A stretch of DNA of 64,000 nucleotides from Promethearchaeota archaeon (GCA_048938105.1 JBHLMN010000025.1:17723-81722), one strand, 5' to 3'; positions 29,515 to 40,134 are shown, counted from the first letter of the stretch. Translations and numbers: made by a program. The notes: generated from the letters alone by a model not told the origin.

Positions 29515-30909
29515 ATGTCAAGCATCAAATTAACCGAATCAACTAAGATCAATGATTTGATTGAAGAGTTTCCATTTGTTATAGATACTTTAATAAAGTT
29601 AGATCCTAAATTAAAACGATTGAAAAATCCTTTCCTTCGGAAAACTGTAGGAAGACGAGCTACGTTAACTGATGTATCCCAAATGTGTGGAACACCCCTT
29701 CCACAGTTACTTCAAGTCATTAATTCAGATATTGAAAAAAATATATCGAAAGAAGTTCTAATTAAATTAACTGTTGAAGATGTGAGTGGTTGGCATAGTG
29801 AACAAGCAAGAAGGCAAGAAATGCTTAAAGCTTTAGTTCTGGAATTACATGAAGGAGGAGATTTGAATGAACTCCAAAGGCGTTTTAATGAACTCTTAGG
29901 TGATGTTGAGGCTTCTGAAATTGCAGCCATGGAACAGGCACTTATTGATGAAGGATCTTTAACAGCGGAACAGATTACTAAGCTATGTGATCTCCATATC
30001 GGGATTTTTGAATATTCACTTGATCAACACAAGCGACCCGAAACAATTCCAGGCCATCCAGTTCATACATATATGCATGAAAATCAAGTGGCAAGAACTT
30101 TGATTTCCGAAATCCGTCAAACCTCTAATCTTGAAACAGTTAAGAAGCTTCAGAAAATCGAGATTCATTATACACGATTGGAGAATCAGCTTTTTCCAAG
30201 GTTAGAAAATGTGGGTTTCACAGGCCCCTCTCAAGTCATGTGGGCAAAACACGATGAGATACGGGAATTATTTCGACAAAAAAATATCAATGTCGAAGAA
30301 CTGACTAAGCAGGTTGAAGATTTAATCTATAAAGAAGAAACAATCCTTTTCCCAACAGCTCTCGATTTATTGGGTTCAAGAGAATGGATTGAAGTCAGAA
30401 ATGGAGAGGAGAAAATAGGTTATGCTTGGGTAACACCAGGTACAGAATGGGTGCCCATTACACCTGAAATAATTCATCAACCTGAGATTAAAGAGCGTGA
30501 CCTTCTAGAGTTAAGGACTGGTCAGTTAAGTCTCTCACAAGTGTCACTCTTATTAACCCATCTCCCAATTGAAATATCTTTTATTGATGAGAATGATATT
30601 ATTCGCTTCTATTCTGATACTCCAAATCGAATCTTTCCCCGTAGTCCAGGAGTGATAGGGAGGAAAGTCCAAAATTGCCATCCTACAAAAAGTGTTCATA
30701 TTGTCAATCGTATCTTAGATGCCTTTAAAAATGAACAGAAAAATAGTGCAGAATTCTGGATTCAATCAAAAGAAAAATTTATTCATATACGTTATTTTGC
30801 TGTTCGAGACAAGAATAGAAAATATCAAGGAACGCTAGAAGTAACCCAGGACATATCTAAACTACGGGGACTAGAAGGGGAACAGCGACTTCTTAATTGG
30901 CAAGATTAA
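29515..30909 (+). CDS. DUF1858-DUF438-hemerythrin-PAS domain protein
   Basis: LKNPFLR, EIAAMEQ, LCDLH, GHPVH, HYTRLENQLFP, MWAKHDEIR, IGRKVQNCHP. Confidence 0.9.
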   Translation: MSSIKLTESTKINDLIEEFPFVIDTLIKLDPKLKRLKNPFLRKTVGRRATLTDVSQMCGTPLPQLLQVINSDIEKNISKEVLIKLTVEDVSGWHSEQARRQEMLKALVLELHEGGDLNELQRRFNELLGDVEASEIAAMEQALIDEGSLTAEQITKLCDLHIGIFEYSLDQHKRPETIPGHPVHTYMHENQVARTLISEIRQTSNLETVKKLQKIEIHYTRLENQLFPRLENVGFTGPSQVMWAKHDEIRELFRQKNINVEELTKQVEDLIYKEETILFPTALDLLGSREWIEVRNGEEKIGYAWVTPGTEWVPITPEIIHQPEIKERDLLELRTGQLSLSQVSLLLTHLPIEISFIDENDIIRFYSDTPNRIFPRSPGVIGRKVQNCHPTKSVHIVNRILDAFKNEQKNSAEFWIQSKEKFIHIRYFAVRDKNRKYQGTLEVTQDISKLRGLEGEQRLLNWQD

Positions 30910-30928
30910 ATTATGATAGGATGACGAA

Positions 30929-31318
30929 TCAACCTTTAGCTCTAGGTTCAGCTACAATTTGAATTCTATTCCCTTCAGAGTCATACATGTCAAAAAAGGA
31001 AACCAATTTTGGAATGTCAGTAATATCGGTTGTTTTTATGTCATTTTTTTCTAAATATGATTTAGCTGCATCAAGATCAGTTACATCGAAAGTAAGTATT
31101 CCTGAACCTGGAGTTATTTCGCCTTCTAGTTTTAAACTCAGTCCGAGTTTTACTCCTTTAATAGGGAGGGCTAACTCACACCATCCTACTTCTGAACCAC
31201 CATCCCAGGTAACTTTAAACCCAAATATATCAGCATAGAAATTCTTAGCACGATCGATATCCTTTACATTGTATTGAAAATATATTGAATTTTTTTTAAA
31301 AGGAAATTCTTTATTCAT
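30929..31318 (-). CDS. VOC/glyoxalase family protein
   Basis: VKDIDRAKNFY..IFG, DSEGNRIQI; likely start MNKEF at 31318. Confidence 0.85.
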   Translation of the reverse strand: MNKEFPFKKNSIYFQYNVKDIDRAKNFYADIFGFKVTWDGGSEVGWCELALPIKGVKLGLSLKLEGEITPGSGILTFDVTDLDAAKSYLEKNDIKTTDITDIPKLVSFFDMYDSEGNRIQIVAEPRAKG

Positions 31319-31388
31319 TGCAGTTTCACCATCAAAAATAGTTGCGATCCTTTGAAATTTATATTTTTTTCTGTTTAAAATCCTTTTT

Positions 31389-32228
31389 TTAACCAAATTC
31401 AATCCTTAATTCTGTAGCATTAACCCAGAGTTCTTGAAATTTTGGTTTTAATTCCATTGCAAGTTTTTTCTGCCAGACAAAAATCCAAGCAAAAAACTCG
31501 TCAGGGTTTACTGGATTCATTACTTTCAATAGGATTTTCTCACCATCAATAATATCAAAAGCTGTTGGTGTTAATTGAGTACGTTTTACTTCAGCTTTAT
31601 CTAAAAGAACGAAAAAATGTGCTATAGAGGTAAAATATCTCTCTTCCAAGCTGCCTGGTGTAATACCGCTCAATAAGACTTGAACAGTTACCCCCCTCTT
31701 GGTTAACATATCGATTGTGGCAATTAAATTTTGAATTATCCCCTTCTGGGGCACACGAGCTGCAACTCTGATATTAATTATTGTTTGTAATTCCTTTTCA
31801 GCTTCACTAATTTTTTCAATATAACGATTAATTGCTTTTTCACCAAGAGCCACACTCCAGAATAAGCTATCCTCTGGTTTTATAGTTTGTAAATTGCTTA
31901 ATTTCTCTTCAATCACGGCTGCTGTTGCAGTTAGAGTTTGAAGTTCGGCCCTCTTCATCTTCAAGATATTGTTTAAGGCAATTTTGGGTTCTTTTGCAAT
32001 GAATTTTTTTGGTCTAGATTCTTGTCTATCAGCAAGTCCTTTGTCTTCTAAGGAACTTAAAACATCATAAACTCTTCCAAATGGGATTTTTGATTGATTA
32101 GCTATTTCTTTTGCGGTTCTAATTCCAGTTGATAATAAAGTAAGATAAGCGCGAGATTCATAGTTGGATAAACCAAGCATTTCAAGCTCTTTAGAAGTTA
32201 TTTCTGCATTATTACTAATAATATCCAC
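31389..32228 (-). CDS. TrmB-family transcriptional regulator
   Basis: LGLSNYESRAY, IPFGRVYDVL..LEDKG, RPKKF. Confidence 0.92.
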   Translation of the reverse strand: MDIISNNAEITSKELEMLGLSNYESRAYLTLLSTGIRTAKEIANQSKIPFGRVYDVLSSLEDKGLADRQESRPKKFIAKEPKIALNNILKMKRAELQTLTATAAVIEEKLSNLQTIKPEDSLFWSVALGEKAINRYIEKISEAEKELQTIINIRVAARVPQKGIIQNLIATIDMLTKRGVTVQVLLSGITPGSLEERYFTSIAHFFVLLDKAEVKRTQLTPTAFDIIDGEKILLKVMNPVNPDEFFAWIFVWQKKLAMELKPKFQELWVNATELRIEFG

Positions 32229-32261
32229 CCAAGTTTTATTGATTATTCTCCTTTTTATAGT

Positions 32262-32280
32262 TTACAACTCTTTGTTGTGA
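32262..32280. promoter_or_regulatory. Inverted repeat ACAAC-N5-GTTGT in the divergent trmB promoter
   Basis: TTACAACTCTTTGTTGTGA; a weaker related site near 32309. Confidence 0.4.
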
Positions 32281-32367
32281 AAATCTGAGTGAAAGGTATT
32301 AATACACCACAAATAGTTGTTATAGATATTATGATTTATAAAAATCGTAATGAGGATTGGTTAACTC

Positions 32368-33219
32368 ATGAATAAGCATCAACTCTTAGGAATTGTACTC
32401 TCCTTAGGAGGTGCAATTATAGGAATAATAGGTGGTATGGTACTCTTTTTCCTGACCTACGAACCTTACTGGATTGCTGAGCTTGATCCTGTTAATTTAG
32501 GAGAACAGGGATGTGATATCATTATAAGGGATATTCTACCCATAATTGCTGACCTTTGTATCATTGGTGGCCTTTGTTTTGCATTAAGTGCTTATGGTTT
32601 TTTCACAGACGAAGAATGGGCTGTTTCATTAGCAGTTGTTGGAAATACACTTTGTTTGTTGGCTGGTTTCTGGCCAACAATTCCTGCAATGCAAATGGGA
32701 TTAGTTCCTCTATGGGGAATCGTGTTTATCCCCAACTTAATCATTTTCTTCATCATGACACATTATGTTGACAATATCCCATGGATTACTGTTCTATTTG
32801 CTTTAATGATGGGAATTGCCTATGTCATGGCTTTCTTGAATGGTGTAGCTAGTACAAACCGTCTAAACTTATATTCTCCTAATATAGACCTCGAAGGAAC
32901 CCGATTGCCATCAATACATGCCATATTTAAGGGTTTACAACGTGTGAATTGGATTGCAGCCATCGGTTTTGGTGTTGCAACAATTGGAATACTACGTCGT
33001 CCAGAGAAAGATTGGGTACGCATAGTTGCTTTAGGATCTGCTATTCTAGAAGTTGTCGCAGGGTATCCTGTAGCTGTTACATCATCAATAACTTTTGGAA
33101 AATTCTCCATGTTTTTCATGGCACCAATCCTTGCTACTTTATTATTAATAGTACCATTTTGGCCAAATTTATGGAAGAAACTTGCCTCCCCAAGAGCTAA
33201 ATCATCAATATCTCTCTAG
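32368..33219 (+). CDS. About 8-TM membrane protein of unknown function
   Basis: Hydrophobic, with an apparent internal two-fold repeat. Confidence 0.75.
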   Translation: MNKHQLLGIVLSLGGAIIGIIGGMVLFFLTYEPYWIAELDPVNLGEQGCDIIIRDILPIIADLCIIGGLCFALSAYGFFTDEEWAVSLAVVGNTLCLLAGFWPTIPAMQMGLVPLWGIVFIPNLIIFFIMTHYVDNIPWITVLFALMMGIAYVMAFLNGVASTNRLNLYSPNIDLEGTRLPSIHAIFKGLQRVNWIAAIGFGVATIGILRRPEKDWVRIVALGSAILEVVAGYPVAVTSSITFGKFSMFFMAPILATLLLIVPFWPNLWKKLASPRAKSSISL

Positions 33220-33281
33220 AAGATAAACTACATCCAAAATGTATCAACTTGAATGTATTTAACTGAAAAATAGGGCTATTT

Positions 33282-33320
33282 TTGGGGATATGAGAACGGT
33301 GTCTTTCTTTATATCCCCAA
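33282..33320. repeat. Intergenic stem-loop
   Basis: TTGGGGATAT-N19-ATATCCCCAA. Confidence 0.55.
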
Positions 33321-33376
33321 CAACATCCAGGGATTAAAAGAGAACCTAGAAACAACTCTTCAATAGTCTAAATTAC

Positions 33377-34258
33377 ATGGGAAATAGTGAAATGGATTTT
33401 TACAATAATTTAACGGTTCTCCAAAATGAAATAGTACTTCCTTTTGACTACTCCTTCGGAGTTCCAATGCTTGTCTCTTGGATAGTTACTTTTCTGTTTT
33501 GTATTATATTAATAGATGCAGAATTAATGAATAAAAAGATAAGCTTTCTAGTTTATCTAATTACTATCATTGTTGGAGGTCTGCTATTAGGTGGTACTCC
33601 AAATGCGGTCATGCCTATCCAACAAATTCTCACAACTTTAAGTATCAAAGCTGAAGTTGGCTATCTTCTTCCAGCTATCATCACATTATGTGTCTTGCTA
33701 ACTTCTTCCATTCTTATTGGTAGGATTTTTTGTGGATTTGCGTGCCCTTTAGGCGCATTACAAGAGATAATCTCAAAAATCAACTTTAAAACGGATTTGA
33801 AAGCACAAAAAAAGGTTAAATATCGCATTGAAGTATCCTCACAAACTCCAACCATAATACGTTGGATATTTTTAGGGATCTTAATCCTATTTGTGTTTTG
33901 GGGTATATCGCTTCTTCCTGTATTCAATCCATTTTCTGGATTTTCGTTTCTCAAGACGCCATCAGAGCAAACACTATTATTACCTTTTTTTGGTTTAACT
34001 ATAGTGTGTATCGCTAGTGTATTCATGTACCGTCCTTGGTGTAGGTTTTTATGTCCATTTGGAGCAGGATCATCTTTCTGTAGCCAATTTGCTAGAAGCA
34101 AATATCAACGAACGGAAGATTGCACTGAATGTGGATTGTGTGAAGAAATTTGTCCAACTCAAGAGGCTGCAAAAGAGAGTAAAAAAAGTGAATGCTATTA
34201 TTGCAATCGGTGTATAGAAATATGTCCTCATAATGCTATCAAACTCAATTTAGGTTGA
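33377..34258 (+). CDS. NapH/MauN/YccM-like membrane 4Fe-4S protein
   Basis: GRIFCGFACPLG, RPWCRFLCPFG, two CxxCxxCxxxCP. Confidence 0.9.
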   Translation: MGNSEMDFYNNLTVLQNEIVLPFDYSFGVPMLVSWIVTFLFCIILIDAELMNKKISFLVYLITIIVGGLLLGGTPNAVMPIQQILTTLSIKAEVGYLLPAIITLCVLLTSSILIGRIFCGFACPLGALQEIISKINFKTDLKAQKKVKYRIEVSSQTPTIIRWIFLGILILFVFWGISLLPVFNPFSGFSFLKTPSEQTLLLPFFGLTIVCIASVFMYRPWCRFLCPFGAGSSFCSQFARSKYQRTEDCTECGLCEEICPTQEAAKESKKSECYYCNRCIEICPHNAIKLNLG

Positions 34259-34439
34259 AGCAAGAAGAAAAGATGACAGAGACTTTGGTAGAATTTCTAC
34301 TAGCATAATTCTGCTTTTTTAAGACAATAATGATATCTAATCCCCGAACATCGCAGAAATTTGTAAATAGTAAAACTACGAAAACCTTAAATATTACTAA
34401 CTTAACAATTGTTAATTGGAAAATATTTATTCAATATAG

Positions 34440-34904
34440 GTGAATATAATGATTTCTGACGATATTGACAGACAAATTTTGGAAATTCTAAATCGTGACG
34501 GTAGAACTAAATTTACTACTATTGCTAAGAGAATAAAACGAACTGAAGGGACAGTTCGCAACCGTGTCCGTCGTTTGCGGGAACAGGGAATTATTCAGGG
34601 ATTTCGTGTTGTTACTGATCCTGAGAACCTTGGTTATGAAGGACAAGCAGTTGTTAAATTCTATTTAGAACCTAGCTATGATACTTACGCCCAAATGGAT
34701 CAACTACCTTTCTTATGTGATACAGAACAGTGTAAACTAATCTCCTTATATAGATCTAATGGTGAGAGTTCGTTCATACTCGAAGTTCTTACTAAGAATA
34801 AACAAGATTTGGATCGCTTTGTCCATGAATTAGGTAAATTTACAGGAATAAAGGATATCGAAGTACTTATTAAAGAGCAAAAAATCTATGACCATCTTTC
34901 CTAG
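34440..34904 (+). CDS. Lrp/AsnC regulator
   Basis: DDIDRQILEIL..DGR, TVRNRVRRL...GIIQGF. Confidence 0.9.
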   Translation: MNIMISDDIDRQILEILNRDGRTKFTTIAKRIKRTEGTVRNRVRRLREQGIIQGFRVVTDPENLGYEGQAVVKFYLEPSYDTYAQMDQLPFLCDTEQCKLISLYRSNGESSFILEVLTKNKQDLDRFVHELGKFTGIKDIEVLIKEQKIYDHLS

Positions 34905-34986
34905 TGTCCAAAATCCCCACAATATTTAAGTAGGGAGGGAGTATTATCCCTTTTGAAGATCCAGAAATTTATTAAGGGATAAAATC

Positions 34987-35553
34987 ATGAAAGATAAAGT
35001 GAAGTTCCGATTCAGTGGACGTGGTGGGCAGGGCATTAAGTTTTTAGGAAGTGCATTGGTTCGAGTTGCAATGCTTGCCAAATACCATGCTACGCTCGCT
35101 GTTGATTATACCCCTTCAGTTCGGGGTGGCCCCATTTTTTGTGATGTTGTTCTCAGCGAAAATCCAATTTCTTACCCATATTGTGATGGAGATGCCGATT
35201 TCTTTTTGGCAATTGACCAAAATGGGATTGAACGTGCTACAGAATGCACTAGTGACACAACAGATTGCTTTATTGATTCCGATTCAATCGATGATATAGC
35301 TGAGAAAATCATTAAGAGCCCGATGCATCGTGTTCCCATTACTAGACGTGCTGATGAAACTAATATGACTGGATCAGTAAATATTCTTTCTCTAGGATTT
35401 CTCTCTGAACATCTCAATAAGAAAAATGCCATTAACTTGACAGATGATCAATATATCCAAGTCTTTAAAAGCATGCGAAATAGTGAGAATAATATTCGAA
35501 CCTTCCAAATCGGGAAAGACTTGTATCATGAAATATTTAGCAATGCTGCTTAA
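34987..35553 (+). CDS. 2-oxoacid:acceptor oxidoreductase gamma subunit (stand-alone)
   Basis: FSGRGGQGI, YTPSVRGG, NILSLG, NIRTFQIG. Confidence 0.85.
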   Translation: MKDKVKFRFSGRGGQGIKFLGSALVRVAMLAKYHATLAVDYTPSVRGGPIFCDVVLSENPISYPYCDGDADFFLAIDQNGIERATECTSDTTDCFIDSDSIDDIAEKIIKSPMHRVPITRRADETNMTGSVNILSLGFLSEHLNKKNAINLTDDQYIQVFKSMRNSENNIRTFQIGKDLYHEIFSNAA

Positions 35554-35740
35554 AATAGAACATTAGTCATTAGAATATTATAACAAAAATTCATCTCTGA
35601 AGTTTTTATGGATTTATTTACTATAAAATACGATAACGCGCTTTTAATGGGCCACATTTCTATTGATATGACCCTAATCGCATTTTATTACACTAAAACG
35701 AAAAATCTTTTAAGCAGGGATTCTGGTATTATAAGAGGTT

Positions 35741-37345
35741 TTGATTATGTTAAATCGTCCGATTTTAATATATAATGGTACTCTTGTTGACGGAACAGGA
35801 AAACCAGCTGCTCAAAATAGTGCGGTTATTATCCATGGATCTCGTATTGTTGGTGTAGGAACAGTTGGGGGTATCGATGTCCCAAAGAATGCGGAAATTT
35901 TTGATGCAACAGGAAAAACTATTATTCCAGGCTTCATAGACAGTCATACTCATTTTATTTTGATGGGAGTTCGAACGCTCACTACTATAGATCTTTCTAA
36001 TACAAAATCTATCTTAGAGCTCGTGGAGCAGGTCAAAGCAAGATTGACTAACCTGCCAAAAAGAACATGGCTTAGTGGCCATGGATGGGACGAAAGCGGT
36101 TGGTTTGAGAAAAGATATCCAACGAAAAAAGATCTTGATCATATATCTCCTAATAATCCCGTGGTTCTCACTCCTTGTTATGGACACTTAATGTCAGTTA
36201 ATTCTCGCGCACTCGAGCTGGCAGAAATAACCAAAGAGACTGTCGACCCTTCAGGGGGGAAAATTGATCGAGATCCGATAACAGGAGAACCAATAGGCGT
36301 ACTGAGGGAGGAAGCAATGACATTAATAGATAATATTAAACCTCTTATTACAAAAGAAGAATCCTTGAAAGGTTTGCATAAGGCTTGCGAAATCTCATTG
36401 AGTTGGGGCTGTACGAGTATCCACGAACTTGAAGCACAAGCTCTCGACTTCCGTACCTACCAAACTGCTCTTGAACAGGGAAACCTCAGAGTGAGAGCTT
36501 ATGTCATGCCCACAGCGCGGTTCACTGAGAAGATGTTGGATGGAATACAGACTCTTGGTGTTAGAACATTTTTTGGGGATGAATTTCTTAGAATCGGAGC
36601 TGTGAAGATCTATATAGATGGGTCAATGGGAGCTCGCACTGCAGTATTTTCTGAACCATATTCAGATGATCCTTCAACCAAAGGGATTTTTACTATATCT
36701 CCCGAAGAGCTTGAACAAAGAGTGATAAGAGCGCATAAATTAGGAATGCAAGTTGCCATTCATGCTATTGGTGACAGAGGAATTGAAGAAGCCCTTAATG
36801 CTATTGAAGTGGCACTTGAACAAGAACCAAGGAAAGATCATAGGCATAGAGTCGAGCACTGCGAAATACTAACAGCTGATCAGATCCTTAGGATAAAGCG
36901 TCTTGGAATTATTCCATCAATGCAACCAAACTTTGTTGGAGAGTGGGGACAACGAGGAGGGATGTATGAACAACGTTTAGGGCCAAATCGCCTTAAACTT
37001 AACAATCCCTACCGAAGGTTGCTTGATGAGAATATCACAGTGACATTCGGCTCTGACTGTGGTTATTGCCCCCCTTGGCCTTTTAACCCAATGTATGGAA
37101 TTTGGTCTGCTGTAAATCACCCTATAAAAGAGAATAGAATCTCTTTAGAAGAAGCTGTAAGATGTTATACCCTTAATGGAGCATATGCTTCTTTTGAAGA
37201 AGATATCAAAGGGACAGTCGAACCTGGTAAACTTGCTGACATTGCCATTCTCTCTAAAGATTTAACTTCCATCCCTCCAGAAGAAATCAAGGATATAACA
37301 GTCGAATTGACCATGGTAAATGGCAGAATCCAATGGAGAGCTTAA
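35741..37345 (+). CDS. Amidohydrolase 3 (YtcJ-like)
   Basis: PGFIDSHTH, DGSMGARTA, HAIGD, RVEH, GSD, GKLADI. Confidence 0.92.
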   Translation: MIMLNRPILIYNGTLVDGTGKPAAQNSAVIIHGSRIVGVGTVGGIDVPKNAEIFDATGKTIIPGFIDSHTHFILMGVRTLTTIDLSNTKSILELVEQVKARLTNLPKRTWLSGHGWDESGWFEKRYPTKKDLDHISPNNPVVLTPCYGHLMSVNSRALELAEITKETVDPSGGKIDRDPITGEPIGVLREEAMTLIDNIKPLITKEESLKGLHKACEISLSWGCTSIHELEAQALDFRTYQTALEQGNLRVRAYVMPTARFTEKMLDGIQTLGVRTFFGDEFLRIGAVKIYIDGSMGARTAVFSEPYSDDPSTKGIFTISPEELEQRVIRAHKLGMQVAIHAIGDRGIEEALNAIEVALEQEPRKDHRHRVEHCEILTADQILRIKRLGIIPSMQPNFVGEWGQRGGMYEQRLGPNRLKLNNPYRRLLDENITVTFGSDCGYCPPWPFNPMYGIWSAVNHPIKENRISLEEAVRCYTLNGAYASFEEDIKGTVEPGKLADIAILSKDLTSIPPEEIKDITVELTMVNGRIQWRA

Positions 37346-37404
37346 ATGTTCATCTTTTTTTTCTAAAAAAGGAATAGCGGTATTAACCATTAATTTAAAT
37401 GCAA

Positions 37405-37884
37405 TTAAAGCTCTTTCTGCAGATTTTCTCCATAGCTGGATAAGGAAGAGTCGTATTTAATTGCCTCCTCTGAATTTATCAATTCATATTCATTTAACAT
37501 TTTTCTATGACTTTCAGACCAGTCACCTAGTTGGTCATGCATTTTAATATAATTTGTAGGCATAGGATGCGTTCCCACAATAACAGGTAACTCAGTATAC
37601 TCCTCGATGAATTTTTTAAGAACATCCAAATAAAGACATGGAGGATAACCTGCCAATACTCCTGTGGCAAAATGAATTGCTTGAGCCCCATACTTTTTCA
37701 TTCCCATGACTGCATTTTCAACATTTCCTCCAGGACAACCACCACAGGTTGTATAAGAAACCACTTCTAAAGATTCCTCTTTTGAGTAACGTCTAAAAGC
37801 TCCCTCTCGATTTCTAACTGCACGAAAACACTTCCCTCCTTCGCATGATTTATAGCGATCACATATTATTATACCAATTCTCAT
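37405..37884 (-). CDS. CGGC domain protein
   Basis: IIICD...CEGGKC, TCGGCPG, IHFATG, PPC, VGTH. Confidence 0.9.
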   Translation of the reverse strand: MRIGIIICDRYKSCEGGKCFRAVRNREGAFRRYSKEESLEVVSYTTCGGCPGGNVENAVMGMKKYGAQAIHFATGVLAGYPPCLYLDVLKKFIEEYTELPVIVGTHPMPTNYIKMHDQLGDWSESHRKMLNEYELINSEEAIKYDSSLSSYGENLQKEL

Positions 37885-37991
37885 TTTAATTCCCAGATCT
37901 TTACTCAGTTATACTCATTTTAAAACTTCCTTATTACAGAGTTATAAGAGATAAAAAGGAGAAAAGAATGAAGATTAGCTAATGATAATTA

Positions 37992-38366
37992 TTATTCTTT
38001 CTTTTTCTCTACTAATTCTTGCAATCTTTTCTCAATAACTTCCATCTCTTTCTTCAAACTTGTAAGAGTCTGTTCTAGAAATTTTGATTCTTCTTTCGGA
38101 TCTAGAGTAGGAGGAGCAATTGGATAAGGAGGAACTACTTCTGAGGAATAAGGATATGGATAGTAGAAAGGCCCGAAATCTCGTCCCCAACCTATATCCA
38201 GTCCAGCACGGCCCCAACCACGGCCCCAACCGCGTCCTCCACCGCGACCCCAACCCATGCCTGGCCCCTTGGTATATCCAGGACTAGAGAAACCACTACA
38301 ATATCCCAGTCCTCGGCCAGTTCTAGCTCCAAATCCCCATGGTCCAGTTCTATCTCCTCTTGGCAT
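37992..38366 (-). CDS. DUF5320-like GRG-rich small protein, copy 1
   Basis: MPRGDRTGP..GRGLGYCSG, G(W/G)GRG repeats, C-terminal coiled coil. Confidence 0.85.
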   Translation of the reverse strand: MPRGDRTGPWGFGARTGRGLGYCSGFSSPGYTKGPGMGWGRGGGRGWGRGWGRAGLDIGWGRDFGPFYYPYPYSSEVVPPYPIAPPTLDPKEESKFLEQTLTSLKKEMEVIEKRLQELVEKKKE

Positions 38367-38374
38367 TTTATCAC

Positions 38375-38426
38375 CAATGAGCTATTGCACAAAACTTCCT
38401 TATAAATTTTGTGCATATGCACAAAA
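38375..38426. promoter_or_regulatory. Paired 20-bp operators flanking a TATA box
   Basis: Perfect palindrome TTTTGTGCATATGCACAAAA (38407-38426) plus a degenerate site at 38375-38394. Confidence 0.75.
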
Positions 38427-38468
38427 CTCAAATCGCTATTTCAAATGATTTTCCTCATCTTAAAGTAC

Positions 38469-39248
38469 TTATTCTTTTAAGAAAACATATTTCTCGGTGT
38501 AATTTTTAAAAAATTTATATCCTCCACCTTCCTGTATAATCTTCATTGTTAATTTGGAGTCGATTATTCTTGAACTTCCAACAGCTGAAAATCCAAGATC
38601 AAAAGCTAATTTAGGAAAGATCTGAGCTGATGGCCCAACAAGGACTTTTTTTCCAGATACATAAGGTAATAAATGGATGATCTCATCAAAGTTATCAAAT
38701 AACAAAGCTGAACCAGAAATAAGGATAATATCAACTTCATTAAGATCTGATACCTTATAAACTTGAGTAATACTGTTTATATGTGTTGGTGGCATAAATT
38801 TGTCTAAAATCCTCATTGAGACGCCTTCTTTTGCCAAATAAGAAGAAATTGGATGGACATTCCCTACCATTCCTACCACCATGCCAGGTAATGGTGTAAA
38901 AATCTCGATAATATTGTTACATGATGCATCAGAAAAATTAATATGAGCTTGACAATAAGCGTTAAGTGCAGCAACCCCAATTGATCTTAATATAGCATAA
39001 GGGGAAGAACAATATTCAATTAATTCAATTAAGGTTTTATCTGAAAGAAATCCTTTACGGAGAAGACGATGGTACCCCTCATGGTCGATTGAACGATCCG
39101 TTAATGTGAAGGATACTCCAGTTGTGTTATCTTCTAATTCAATTCCTGTATAGAGAACTCCTACAACTACTTTTTTAATAAACAAATTCTTAGTTGGTTT
39201 AATTAATTTTAGAGCTCGTTTCGAAATTTTTGCAAGTTGAGAAGACAT
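38469..39248 (-). CDS. DUF364 Rossmann-like (putative heavy-metal chelation) protein
   Basis: SIGVAALNA, VGMVG, ISGSAL, VGPSA, GGG. Confidence 0.85.
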   Translation of the reverse strand: MSSQLAKISKRALKLIKPTKNLFIKKVVVGVLYTGIELEDNTTGVSFTLTDRSIDHEGYHRLLRKGFLSDKTLIELIEYCSSPYAILRSIGVAALNAYCQAHINFSDASCNNIIEIFTPLPGMVVGMVGNVHPISSYLAKEGVSMRILDKFMPPTHINSITQVYKVSDLNEVDIILISGSALLFDNFDEIIHLLPYVSGKKVLVGPSAQIFPKLAFDLGFSAVGSSRIIDSKLTMKIIQEGGGYKFFKNYTEKYVFLKE

Positions 39249-39336
39249 CTATTTAGCCTCACAAATAACAAAGGAGTTTTAATTCTTCTTTCATCAATTG
39301 ACATATAAAGAGTAGATTCCTCTTAATTCCCCCTAT

Positions 39337-40134
39337 TTACGAATTTTTAGTTTTTGATAGAATTTTCTCAACAATAGGATTGAAATACTTAAAAGCCTGT
39401 GTAATCCCTTGATCCTCATCAGCTCTGATTTTAGGATCAAAAGGAATCTGTCCAAGAAGTTCGGTTCCAAATTCTTTAGCCATTCTTTCTCCACCCCCTT
39501 CTCCAAAAATTGCATGTTTTTTCCCACAAGAGGGACAGACAAACCCTGACATGTTTTCTATTATCCCAATGACTGGACGATCCATTTTCCTTGACATGAC
39601 AAGTGATTTTCCCGTATCTAAGAGACTCATTTCTTGCGGGGTAGTAACAATCACAACTCCATCCATATCTGGAATTATTTGCATAATAGAAATAGCTTCA
39701 TCTCCTGTTCCAGGTGGTAAATCAAAAATTAACACCTCTAAATCGCCCCAGATGAAGTCTGTTAGAAATTGTCGAAGAGCTTTGATCTTTAAAGGACCAC
39801 GCCAAACGACAGGTGTGGAAGTTGTCTCTAAAAAAAAGGCCATAGATACTATCTTAAGATCCAGAGGTCCTTTCATTGGATGAAACTTCTCATTTTCAGG
39901 AGGGTCTAATCTTCCAGCCTCCACACCTAATATTTTTGGAATATTAGGGCCCGAAAAATCTAAATCAGCAATTCCAACCTTACCAGGAAACTTTTCCGCA
40001 AAACCTAAGGCAAGATTGGCCGCGACTGTTGACTTTCCTACACCTCCTTTACCCGAAAGAACTACAATTTTTCGTTTAATTCTTTTCATGTAAGAATCGA
40101 TTTCTTCTTGTTGTTTTTGTAAGTTTTTTTGCAT
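39337..40134 (-). CDS. mrp: Mrp/NBP35 (ApbC) Fe-S carrier ATPase
   Basis: SGKGGVGKS, VVWRGP, DLPPGTGD, VTTPQ, ENMSGFVCPSC. Confidence 0.93.
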   Translation of the reverse strand: MQKNLQKQQEEIDSYMKRIKRKIVVLSGKGGVGKSTVAANLALGFAEKFPGKVGIADLDFSGPNIPKILGVEAGRLDPPENEKFHPMKGPLDLKIVSMAFFLETTSTPVVWRGPLKIKALRQFLTDFIWGDLEVLIFDLPPGTGDEAISIMQIIPDMDGVVIVTTPQEMSLLDTGKSLVMSRKMDRPVIGIIENMSGFVCPSCGKKHAIFGEGGGERMAKEFGTELLGQIPFDPKIRADEDQGITQAFKYFNPIVEKILSKTKNS

